Source of the DNA: Dimorphilus gyrociliatus
Taxonomy: Eukaryota; Animalia; Annelida
DNA: 64,000 nt
Assembly: GCA_904063045.1 (NCBI GenBank)
Contig: CAJFCJ010000006.1
Span: 2,160,946 to 2,224,945, forward strand
Reading direction: 5' to 3'
Part shown: piece after piece, positions 36,940 to 49,100 of the stretch
Position numbering within the stretch: position 1 is the first letter of the stretch
How the letters are laid out: every line of letters begins with the position of its first letter
Position numbers and translations under genes: made by a program
The notes under the pieces: model-generated
Told to the model about the DNA's origin: nothing
What the model saw: only the letters and a program-made list of their open reading frames with translations
The model's database searches: none

Positions 36940-39900
36940 TTATATAATGTTCGACTGTTGGACGTCTGAAGAAAAGAAATCAGAATTGTCTTCCCCATAC
37001 AGCTTCTTCCACCAAGGTAATTTTAGTTTGGTTAAATAATTGACATGTTCGACTTTAGCTTTGGTAGCTACTGCAACAGAGTTTGACCTATAAGTTTCGA
37101 TATCCTTGTCAGTTGCATTCTCTAACTTTGGAGCGTCTACAATACAAACATAGTAATAAAAATTCGACTGGATAAATATTTAGTAAAATCAAAAGCTAGA
37201 ATCAAGCTAATTTTCTTTACCGAATAATAATTGAGAGTCTAATTGTAATCTCGCCAATATGGCTTTTCGTCTTTGTTCTGACTTCCTTATATTCTTCGAT
37301 TCAAAGGCATGTTGACGTAGTAAGTTCTGAACAGAATTGTGAAAGTCGTTTCTATCTTCCATCTTCGTTTTAGGCTGAAAAAAAGAAGAAAAGGTAAATG
37401 ATGAATATAATTCATTCGTATTTCTAGTTTTATATTTCCTTATGCGCTCAGCTTCTTTGAGAATATGCAAAAGCAGCATTATTAATAATGCAGTATTTCC
37501 TTAGGCCTTCACATTAAAGCTTTTTGCAGTTGCTCATGCGTGTGCTTTAGCAGTTAAACAAAAAAGGGACACGATCGTGTTGCTTATCATAGAAAAGAAT
37601 AATTCTTAGGTTGTATCATTTGTTTAATTGGTACAATGCGGTTACATTCAACTCAACCATTATTGTTTGACTATTTTAGAATAAATTTATCAATTACGTA
37701 CTGGATGTAGGTGCTTATAGAGTTGAATTTTTTCATTCAATTCCACTCTTCTCTGATCATCTAAACCTGGAGGCCTTTGCCAAGCCGGGGGTTCATTTCT
37801 CCTAGCTAGAACCTTTTTTAGCCATTTCCTTATACTTCTTTGTAGTACAACAACAGCTCTTAAAGTCTTTATTTGTTCTTTTTGGTTATTAAATCTTCTT
37901 CGACTTAGTTTAGATCTATAACAAGCTTGAATTTTTATGGCCGCCTTATTTCTTTCACTTTCTAAATGCTCTTCGATCTTGGCTAAAAAGGAAAAATATT
38001 TCGATAGAATCACCATCAAAATAGGATTGATTTATGAGATTATATTAAGAAGAAAACAATTACTTACAAGCAGGTACGGATTCTAGAGTGAGGTAAACTT
38101 TTTCGTGAAATTTTTTCATAGTCTGTTTCCTATTGATTAATAACTGATGCTGTAATTCTTTCTGTAATCTGCCTTTTTCTTTAGTTTGTTCCTTTTCAAC
38201 TCTCTTTGCCCTGTTTTGAAAGCATTGAAAAATTAAAAATGACATATTAATTACCGTATCAATTTACCTGAAACTACGTTGAAATCGAGCTATACTTTCG
38301 TTTCTCTTTTTTATAGCTTCCCTAGTTTTGTGGGCTTTCCATAAGGCCTGTATTTTAGCAGCTGCCCTATTTCTTCTCTGTTTTATGTTAATAATAGTTT
38401 CTTTATATTAACAATAAAATCTTAAAAAAGAACTTTTGAAAGAAGTACATAATATGAAGAAAAAATCCAAAAAAAAACAAACTCTTTAAAAGGTTATTTT
38501 TATAGGGAATACTTGAAAATGAAAACACATTTACCTCATTAGCCACTTCTTCTAAACTACCCGCTTCCAATAATAAAATCAATCTATCCAAATCCAAATC
38601 GAAACCTTTTTTATGCCATCGGTTTAGTAAAGGTTTTAAGCCCCTTTTAAAAATTAGATAAATTAATTGTAAAGAAACGAAATTCGTCGCAACAGAGAAT
38701 ATAATAAGAATGAGAAAAAAGAATCAGTAAAAAAGAAAGTTAAAGATTAGGAAAAGGAAAGAAATGAAAATTATATTGTTCTAGAAAAAAAAAAGAGAAA
38801 GGCCTCTAATGTTAGGTAAAGAATCTATAAAATATAGTCTACAATTCCACACAATTAAGCTAACAATCTTGAACAAGACCTAACTAATTAATTGTATTTA
38901 AACTCTACGCCACGTGATATTCTACCTATTCTACAGTGTAGGGCAAAGAAGCGCTCATTTTCCCGTTAATTAAACATGATACAAATTTCCTCCCAATTAA
39001 TCTCAAAAACGTATCACAAAATTAAAGGCAACAACATTGTACTCGTTAAAAAAAGTTATCCACAAGAAATAAATCTTTAAATCAAAGTAAAAGACCCTCT
39101 TTTCCTTGTTAATTTTTTTACCTGCTAAACTCGTTCGTCCCTAGCCTAAATTAAGCTTATTTTTATTTAAAAAAGATATATCTAATGTCCAAAAATATAT
39201 TACAACATCTTAGATACAAATAGAATAAATGAATGCGTGTTTTATATAATTTTCTCGAATGTATATATAGAAAAAAAAAACAAAAAAAAATTCTCTTTTC
39301 TTTTACCCTTAAAAATATTTGTATATCTAGTCTTCAGGAAATATATATAACGTATACTGAATACTTACTTGTAACGTGTACACAGATGATGGACAATAGA
39401 TGGGTTAAAGTCGCAAGCTAATAGGACAGTTTTGATTGATGCCCTATAATTTAAAAAAACACAATATATATGACGTAATAGAGATGAATTGAAATAATAT
39501 TTTTTTTTACAAACCAAGCAATTTCGGGTTTGTCAGAAGAAGTTATTTTAAAAATAAGCTCATCTAGAAGAGTGAATACAGTACTGTCACCGATCTCTTC
39601 CATTATTCCTCTGAATAGGGAAACATACACAAAAAAATTACAATTATCTTTTGTTCGATTTTCTTTTAATAGTAACTAACGATGATTTTCTGCAAATATT
39701 TTGAAAAAAGGTTGTTATTATATTGACAATATTCGCATCCTCTGTCATGAGAATTTCTAGAAACTCCTCTGATTTCAATACTAAAATAGAATTTCACTGA
39801 TTTATATTAAACACGCTAATTAATTTATTTGTTTGCTTACCATTATAGCATAGAAAATTATGGCCACTGCAAAGTAAATCTAAAGATTCCAGAGAAGTCT

Positions 39901-40579
39901 TTAAGCATTCAGTTATGTCCTTTACTACTTCTTTTTTATAGATCAAAGTCTTCTGTAGCTTTAAATGAACTTTTTTACTCAAAGTCAGTACACATTTCAC
40001 ACATTCAGGTAGAAAAACCGTGTGATATTCATTGCAATCTCGCATATGCAATCCTGAGCAAGCATTGCTGTAAAAATCATCCAATTAGTTGTATTTGAAG
40101 TATCATTTAATCCCTGATAAACTCTCTCCTTATCAACGTTCATTTACAAAAATATTAATGAAAATTTATATACGTCTATCAAACCTAGCAAAGTTTTTTT
40201 ATTATATCTTTATGATAAATAAGTAGAGGTAAAAGTTGTATTATGAAAACTAACCATAGAATTCGAACCAATCTGGATGTTAATGTCCAAGCATTTCTAA
40301 ATTTCGTAACATCTTGTTCCAATACCGATACAGTTAAATGTAATAATTCTAGTGTCCATAAATCTTTTCGAATTTCTAAGCCTTGCTTGCTTCCAGATGA
40401 AACGGATGATAATATATCTATTATTTAAAATTTTGATATTATCGCTCATTTTTTTTCTTTATAAATAACTTAAGATTACCTTCTACTTTCAATAATAACT
40501 CAGGTATACGATAGTCAGGGTTTTTATCGATTTCCTGAGCTAGATTGAGGACTCGTTTATCTCGAAAGCTTTGAAGCAT
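36940..40579 (-). CDS. IQCB1: IQ calmodulin-binding motif-containing protein 1 (nephrocystin-5)
   Basis: MLQSFRDKRVLNLAQEIDKNPDYRIPELLLK resembles the IQCB1 N-terminus. Also LDELIFK, the IQ motif AAIKIQACYRSKLSRRRF...VVLQRSIRKW, LDDQRRVEL and the C-terminal APKLE...VATKAKVEH...LPWWKKL. Confidence 0.92.
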
Positions 40580-41319
40580 TTTCCCTTCCGAATCAAAGAT
40601 TTGGAATTATTTGAAAAAAACGAGTTGATGCACGTTCCAATTCCAAAACAAAACATGCAATCGATAAAGGGCGGTAATTTCAAATTATTACCCTGACATT
40701 TCGAACAGTAAATAAATAGGTCATTCAGTTATTTCTATTTAGTTCTTAAATTAAATTGTAAAGGTTCTGTTCTAGAGAAAATAACTATAAAGAGACATTG
40801 CACATTTCCTTTAATATCCTCCATATAAAAATAGATTATAGCACTTTTTTTTAATGTTATCAATTAAATAACTTTTTGATTATCATATAATTTATCTTTC
40901 TTGATATATAAGCACTTTAATCGTCACTAATTTTGTCGTCATATATAAAATATATATATTTAAAGTAATAACACAAAATTCTAATGTTTTTGACCGCCAG
41001 ATGGTGTACTTTTAATGCCACGTTTTTTTCAATTACCTTATAGTCCACAATCTTGATACACATACTCTTTTGCTTCCGTAAACTGAGTTCAACGTATAAT
41101 ATTTTATAATTATTCCATCTGCTTATAAAAATCGAGCCTCAGTGAGTTTTAAATCATATTGTCTAGAAACGACCTCAATAATATACAAAGTTTGTACATA
41201 CAAATTATATTTGTTACAAAACCACAACCAATTTCCAGTATTCGAGCAAATCCTTCAATTCGAACTTCGATTAAAAAGCTGTTCTTAAAAATTTACATTT
41301 GAAACCGTTCGTTGATTAA

Positions 41320-42889
41320 ATGACCAGCCGAAGGCGTACTCAAACCCCTGCCTCTCAAAATAAAGAGAACTGGCCCTATCAAACACCTAATTACGGTCAA
41401 GAAACTGGCAAAGGAGAATTTTCCAGCGGCAAATTTGGTCACAATGCTAATGAAACAGATAGTTTTCGAGATAGAACAAGAGAATTTCAGTCAGTTGCTA
41501 GATCTATTTTCTCAAGAAAAGTTGGTTATTCTTATAAAGAGCAGATAATAAGATCAGAATTACAATACTCTTTGTTTATTTACAGTTTAATGGGCATGTT
41601 CAACCTCTACAATCTGCAAATAATTTGCTTCAAAGAAGCCAATTCATGATGGCTGCTAGGTAGAAAAAAATTTCATTTATTGTATGTTCATTTAAATAAG
41701 AATTACGATGTATTCTTTAGTAAAATAGGAGGAAATTTAGCATATTCAACTGATAAACTAGAGAAATTAACTTTCCGTACGTGCAAATTATAATAATTTT
41801 AAGTACGTAATTAATTATAATAACTTTTCAGTGGTAAATAATGAATCATTGTACGAAGATTATAGTGAAGAAATACGGAAACTTACATCAATTATCCAAA
41901 AAGATATAACACAGTTAAATAGCGAAATAGAATATTTACAAAGAGTTTGTTTAAACCATTGATAGAAGAATTTATATTTTGTTTCTTGTATTATTTTATT
42001 ACAATAGATATCTGCAGAATCACGACAAGGAGGTAAGCATAAACAGATGCATACCAGTACAATTGTTATTATATTACAAGTAAGCTTTAGCACTGTAATT
42101 GATAAAAAAAGAAGAAATACCAACTGTAACATTATTCTTACAGTCGCGTCTTGCAAGAATGTCAGGAGAATTAAAAAATATTCTCAAAATAAGAACGGAA
42201 GTAAGAAAAATCTTACCCTTTTCAATGCACAATATTAATAAGCTTTGTCTTCCTAATAGAAAATAAAAGAAAGACAAGCAAAAGAGCAGCATTCTAATCG
42301 TTCTATAGATTCTAATCCATCACGTAATTCTGTTCAGGATAAAAGTAATAAACAAATTTTCTATCTATAGATAAACAGTGCATAGTAACCGAAACAATTT
42401 TTCTTTATAAAGAAAGCGCGTATGTTATGAGAGATGAAGCAGTTTCTGACAATGGCCAAGTTAACATAGATATGGGAAATTCGCCGTCTCTATCTCCTTA
42501 TAATAACACCATGGAACAACAAGCCCAAGCCTATATGAGAGCCAACCAGGAAAGATCCGACGATATGGTCAAGGTTGAACAAGCAATTGTTGATATTGGT
42601 GGTATATATGAAAGATTAGCTCTAATGATTCACGAGCAAGAAGAAATGGTTCAAAGGTTGTAATCATAAGAAAGCTAACACTTAAATTATTATTAATAAA
42701 TATATATATATATAAATATATCTTAACAGAATAGATACATATACTGATACAACGCAAATGAATGTGGAAGCTGCTCATACAGAAATTGTAAAGTATCTCA
42801 AAACAGTTACAAACAATAGATGGTTAATGATAAAGATATTCGGATTTTTAATATTTTTCTTTATCATATTTATTAAATTTGTGGTCTAA
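41320..42889 (+). CDS. STX5: Syntaxin-5 (Golgi Qa-SNARE), long form
   Basis: RDRTREF (Sly1-binding motif), SQFMMAAS...TDKLEKLT, LFDD...EEIRKLTSIIQKDI, H..TIV..LQSRLA, SNARE motif VEQAIVDIGGIYERLALMIHEQEEMVQR|ID, and C-terminal TM RWLMIKIFGFLIFFFIIFIKFVV*. Confidence 0.96.
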
Positions 42890-43266
42890 ATATAAATTTG
42901 AATATTGTCTGTTTATTCTTGATTAGGAATTTTTTTTTGCTTTGAAAATGATCTAAACTCATTTTCTAAATTATTAATATGAAATTACCTTTGTTGGTTT
43001 TAAATAAAAATAACTGAATTTTATTTATCAGTCTAATTAAAATATAATAAATATCTTTAAAAACAAAAAAAAATAGATTCTGGAAGGAAAGAAGCAAAAG
43101 TTAGTTTGTTTTTTCTCTTTGTTTACATTTATAAACAATTAAGTGATTAATAAAGTTGTTTAAATACTAATTAATATTTTTATAGTATTGAATTTTGTCT
43201 TGTAAAAGAGAATTTGACAAAAAATTTCCCTAGAAAGATTAGATAAATGATTTCCTTGAGATAACC

Positions 43267-44439
43267 TTAATCTTCGCCCATACCGTCAAAGTAAATCTTA
43301 AAACGCTCTGACCTAGGCGCTCTGTTGACTACGAGACGGCCGTCGTAACTTAATGATGCAAAAACCCAAGAGTCGGCGGAAGACCATTCTGCAGCATATA
43401 CGCTTTCTTCGTGCTCGTCATATATTTTAACTATTCCGTCTTGTTGAGGAACTCTTTTATTTTCTTCATCATTTATACTTTTATCATTTGTATTATCGTC
43501 ATTTATGTTGTCTTCCTCTAGCAAGGCTCCATAGGTTTCACTAGATATTGATACAGTACTTGATAATATAACTCTACTATCGGATGAAGAAGTTAGAACT
43601 AATTGGTCATGAAAATGATTAAATCGAACTGACCATACCCAATGAGAATGGTCTGAGAGAACTTTAACCTCTTCCTTAGTGTTTCGAACGTCCCAAAATT
43701 TAACTTTACAATCGTCACCACAGGAGGCCAGGTAGTATTGTCTATTTGGATTGTAATCTAAGTCTCTAATGAGCTGGGAATGAGCATTTTCTATAGTATA
43801 TACAGATTTTTTCGTTCGTAGATCCCACCCCCTTAAAGTAGTATCATTTGCAGTGCATATTTGAACGCAGTTGTGGTGAGGACCCCACTTTCCGCACGTT
43901 AAACTCTTCTGCCCCTTAACCTCCAAACTAAAAGAATTTTTTATTTTGCACTCATCCGATCCGACATCCCATTGTAAAATATGATTATCAACCAATGTTA
44001 TTACTTCATGGTCCTCCGTGCTGGGATGAAAAATGACTTGATTAACATCACCATAATCCAATGTTCCAAAATCAATTAACTTTGTTAATTCTTTGGCGTG
44101 ATGATTGTCCTGGGATGAATGTTTGTCTGATTCAGGAATTTTCCACAAGGTAGATGTAACCTCACGCTTACTTTCAACAGTTTTGCTGTAAATCGTCGAA
44201 AAAATAGTTTTATCCCACGGACAAGCTGCTATATGCCAAATTTCGCCCACATTGTGTGCATAGACATCTTTTGAAACCGTGTTATGATCATCATCGTATT
44301 CGATGAGGTGAACTTGATTATCGTGCTTTAAGCTTTGTGTGCCGGCTAAAAATTTTATTAATTCGGTTTCAGCTATTTGTGCTGTTAAACAGCGGCATTG
44401 GAACTCTAAACCGTAAATAACAGCTGCTTCATCCTCCAT
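43267..44439 (-). CDS. EIPR1: EARP/GARP complex-interacting protein 1 (TSSC1), WD40, intronless CDS
   Basis: One 390-aa ORF: MEDEAAVIYGLEFQCRCLTAQIAETE...FLAGTQSLKHDNQVHL, AHSQLIRDLDYNPNRQYYLASCGDDCKVKFWD, HSHWVWSVRFNHFHDQLVLTSSSDSRV and WVFASLSYDGRLVVN. Confidence 0.96.
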   Translation of the reverse strand: MEDEAAVIYGLEFQCRCLTAQIAETELIKFLAGTQSLKHDNQVHLIEYDDDHNTVSKDVYAHNVGEIWHIAACPWDKTIFSTIYSKTVESKREVTSTLWKIPESDKHSSQDNHHAKELTKLIDFGTLDYGDVNQVIFHPSTEDHEVITLVDNHILQWDVGSDECKIKNSFSLEVKGQKSLTCGKWGPHHNCVQICTANDTTLRGWDLRTKKSVYTIENAHSQLIRDLDYNPNRQYYLASCGDDCKVKFWDVRNTKEEVKVLSDHSHWVWSVRFNHFHDQLVLTSSSDSRVILSSTVSISSETYGALLEEDNINDDNTNDKSINDEENKRVPQQDGIVKIYDEHEESVYAAEWSSADSWVFASLSYDGRLVVNRAPRSERFKIYFDGMGED

Positions 44440-44756
44440 TTTCGAACGATTGCCTCTAAATAACAAGCAGGACTAAAATATTTAAAATGTATTAAAAGTT
44501 TATTCCATTCAAAAGCATCTATATTATTACTTTTTTTAAATTAAATAGAACAATTTTTTTCAAAAGTCTTACACTCAAAAAAGATTTTATCGATTTAAGT
44601 CAAGTTAAGGATGTTGAAATAAGTTTATCGCCACAACCATATTGCAAACTGCTACTTAGCAATACCGTTGATTTGTTCTGGCGTTTCATTGCAGTAGATG
44701 CAGTTGATGTTTATCACAAAACAGACTGAAAACAATTTGAAAGTGCCGAAAACGGA

Positions 44757-46093
44757 ATGCATCTTTCCTTTAAGATATTAGAAGCTTTATTATGTTTTAT
44801 AATCGTTCAGCCAAGTGCCAACAGCATAGATCAGTAAGTCTTTTTCTTATTAAAAGCTAATATTTTTTATAGAAAAAGTCGATAAAACCTTTGGTTTATT
44901 AATTAGCCCTAATTAAATTGTTCACATTTCTACCAGTTTTATGATATATATATACATTTACATTATTCCTTATTGTTTCAAAAGATGACCTTTCTTAAGT
45001 TTTTATCGATTAGTTTACTTGCATATTTAATAGAAACTTACAAATATTTAATTAATTTCTATTATAACAAAGGCAAAGTATTCGTTCTTTTGAAGAGAAT
45101 CTTTTAAAGATTGTAAAGGAATATACTTATGTAAAAGATATTACCTCCTCCTATGACGACAAAATAAAAGAGCTTGGGGCTACAACTTCTAGAATTAATG
45201 GTTTTAATTTAATTGGAGCACTGGCTAGCGGAATAGAAGAGATTCTAACGCAGAATATAAAATCCTTAGAGGTATTTTATTCCATTCTATAATTTTATAA
45301 ACGACTTGTTAAAATATATCAATAACAATCTAGTTCGCCGTTGAAGAAGCTGAACGAATAGCAGAAAATTACACAATAAATCCCGAGGTTTGTTTTATTG
45401 GAATATAAAACTTTAAGATAATCAAATTTAATTAAATTCAATAGAACAATTTAATATTTAAAATGATCTACTAGAGAGAGCTAAACGAATATTTTACATA
45501 ATTTACATAACACAGATGCTAGGTAATTTTATAAACGTCACGAACGCTATTGTTAGGAATCGATTCTTTCGCTTTTTTTAACTAAAAATCAGCCATGTGC
45601 TTCCATCTGTTAATTAATGAATATTTTCGTTGTTTAGTCTCGTGCTAACTTTGATTTTAATTATTTTATACGAAAGAAAAAGACCTTATTGAATAATTCT
45701 TGTTTTTTTTTTTTTTTTCATTAATAGTTAACAGAAGTCCATTATCTAAATGCTAGGAAGCTTGATCCAGACAAGGAAGGTTTTGTTTATCATCCAGAAT
45801 ATATGGAAAAGATAGGTGATAATGTGTCGGCAGTTCAAATTCCTGTTGAAATCTACGAAGGCCGTCAGTGTCAATTACATTAAATTTTCATATTATTGAA
45901 CAGGACGCAGTTATTATTATTCTTTTTTTGTTATTCAATATTCATATATCATTACAGGCAATGACGTATTGAACGATCTAAAGTGGACAAGTGCTATTGA
46001 AAAAACCTGGATTTCAAATAGGAAAAAGTATAATCAAACTTTATTCCAATACTTTGGAAGCTATACTGGTTTGATGAGAATTTATCCCGGTAT

Positions 46094-46131
<38 letters not shown>

Positions 46132-49100
46132 ATACTCGAAATATAAATATTTTATATTCTTATCAATATTCTATTAGCGACTAAATGGTCTACTCCCGAA
46201 CCGGATTTGTATGATGCTAGAAGGCAGCCTTGGTACACCCAAGGGGCAAGTTCACCCAAGGATATGCTAATATTAATAGATACGTAAGTTAATTTAATAC
46301 TTTTAATTACTACTGTATATAGATATACTAATACATTAGATAAATTTGCTTTAACTTAATAAACGTACATATAAAGTATATACATTTATATATATATATT
46401 TATATATATAGAAATATGTATTTAAATTTATATATTAGTTGAATAGGCTTATAATTAATTGATTATTAATTGTAAGAGTCCATGGACTCTGTCCTTCACA
46501 AAATTAATATATACAATAAATACAATTCTAATTAATTACTGAAACAAAAGGAGTGGCAGTACTCATGGACAAGCATTGACATTAATAAAAGAGACCGCCA
46601 AAGCGATTTTAAACACTTTGGGACAAAACGATTACGTTGCAGTCGTAAAAGTAAGAGATTGTAAAAAAAAACAAAAATATAAAAATTATAAAAAACTATA
46701 AAAAAAAAACTCTTTAAAATTTATCATCTTCTAATCTTTTTCTTTTATTACTATTATTATTAATATTATTGCTTTTTTTTTCTTTTTTAATTATCCGATT
46801 CATTGTATATATGATAAAATAACTCTATTATTAAAACATTAATTAATAACATTTACTTTTTTTTTTTACTTAATGAGAGATAGAGAGGGATAGATGAAAA
46901 AAAAATTATAGTTTTCATTAAATTTTGTTTTTATAAAAAAAAAAATTACAAATGAAACAATGAATCTGATAAATAAAAAAGACGCCTCTCTCGTTTCTAT
47001 TCTTTTAGAATTATCTTTAAAAAATTTTTCTTATATTTGTTACTGTGGAATTGTTTGAACACGAATGCAACTGTAATGCACATTTTTATTATTTCATTCT
47101 TAAAAAAAGAGTTACAAGCTAGTTATTTTCTCTTATGGTCTCGGATAAAAATATTATGTATCCTTCGTCGTCGTCGTCGTCGCCATTATTATCATGATTA
47201 ATATTATCTGTCACTTCTTCTTCTTCCTCTTCTTCTTCTGCTTCTGTTTCTGTTAATGTCAATAATATTTCTTTATGCAAGACAGCTGTCTAACTCTAAT
47301 AATATAATTTCTTTCTCTTATTTCTTAAATATTACCAAGCACTTTTTTGATATTATTTTACAAATAGAATTATTCTAGATATACACTATTTTTGGTTTTC
47401 TATGGGTTTTTCTTATATCTTATATATTATTATATAATCCTATATTTTCATAGGATATTTAAAGAAAAAACTTAGTTAAATGATGCATGATTAATGCAAT
47501 ATATGCATGATAACTTCTAAATAATGTTATTATCTATATATTTTATTCATTTCTTTTTATCATCTTTTTTCAACAAAATAGTTTGCCGAAGCAACTCAAT
47601 TTATTGGTTGTTTTAAAAATTTTGTTCAAGCTAATCCAAGGAATAAAGAAGTAAATAGTCTCTTTCTTTCTCTTTTTTTTGAAATATTATAATTATTGCT
47701 ATTAATATTTTAGGTGCTACTCAACGATATTGATAAATTACAGGCGGACGAAATAGCAATGTATAAGCAGGCTTTTAAATTTGCCTTTGAAAGAATTAGG
47801 GAAGTTCGTATTGAAATATTATAGATTTTATGTCAAACTTTAAGACTTTATCATAAAAAATATCATATTCTCTAGTTTAATAAATCATTGGAACAAGGGG
47901 ATCTTAATGGAGCAAAATGTAATAAAGTTATAATGTTTCTTACTGATGGTGGAACAGATACTGCTGAAGATATATTTAAAATGTACAATTGGCCAGAAAA
48001 GAAAGTAAGAAGATATCGTTACACATTTCTTTTTTAATGTAACAAGTAGTTGACTATTTCTCTTGTTTATAGGTAAGAGTATTCACATATATGGTGGGGC
48101 CACAACCTAATGCTTACGCAGCCGTTAAATGGATAGCCTGCGCTAATAGAGGTAGCAATAATGAATTTATTAATTTTTCAGTTTGATTAGTTAAGCGTAA
48201 TACAAGAGTAAAGCAATCGAATTACAGACATAAACGAAATTAACATCTTTTTCTGTAGGTCATTACTCCCGCATTCCTGCTATGGGTGATATTAGAGCAA
48301 CAGTCCAGGTACATTTAAAATCAATATATTAGAACTTAATTATAAATTAAAATGCCATTATTTTATCAATAGATATATTTAGAGCATTTGGCTCATAGCG
48401 CCAAAGAGTTTGTATGGACAACAAGTTACCATAAAGTTTGTTTTCAATGACAAACTATCATCATTCCATCAATTATTAATTAATGTTTTTCACTGAAGAA
48501 ATTAGGCATTATGTCGACTGTTACACTTCCTGTCTTTAATACCACAGCTGATCCACCTGTAAGATCTAAAACATATTTAAACAATTTACATCATTCAAAA
48601 GCTAATTAATATCTTTTGGTTTTAAAATCTAACTCAGAAAAATACATCTTTACTAGGCGTAATGGGTACAGATGTTCCAATTAATTTTCTAAAAAGACTG
48701 ATACCGAAAGAAAAGGTTTACAGTTTTTTATATTAAAAGAAAAAGTGTTTTATGATCGTTTTATATAAATTTTTTTCTATTTATATAAACAGTTAGGAAT
48801 TAATGGATATTCTTTCGCTATAAATAACAACGGATATGTTCTCTTTCATCCTGATCTAATATCTCAAAGGGGACTGCTAGGTTATACGCCTATACTCGAT
48901 TTATTAGAAATTCAAATAGAAAGTACAGATTTAATAGAGGTAATAGGTTTTGTTATATATTTTCGCATCAATGTCAATATGATTTATGTTTAATATAGCT
49001 TAGAAAGAGAATGATACAAAAACTTACTGGTACACACGAGATGGAGGTAACAGGTCCTGTACGAATAATAGGCGATGGTCATATTTATAACGCAACTCGA

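Noticed and set aside
47130-47290. Antisense acidic open stretch (EEEEEE...DDDD, about 55 codons) in an alpha2delta intron
   Set aside because: It is explained by (TTC)n and (TCG)n trinucleotide repeats, with no start codon or partner exons.
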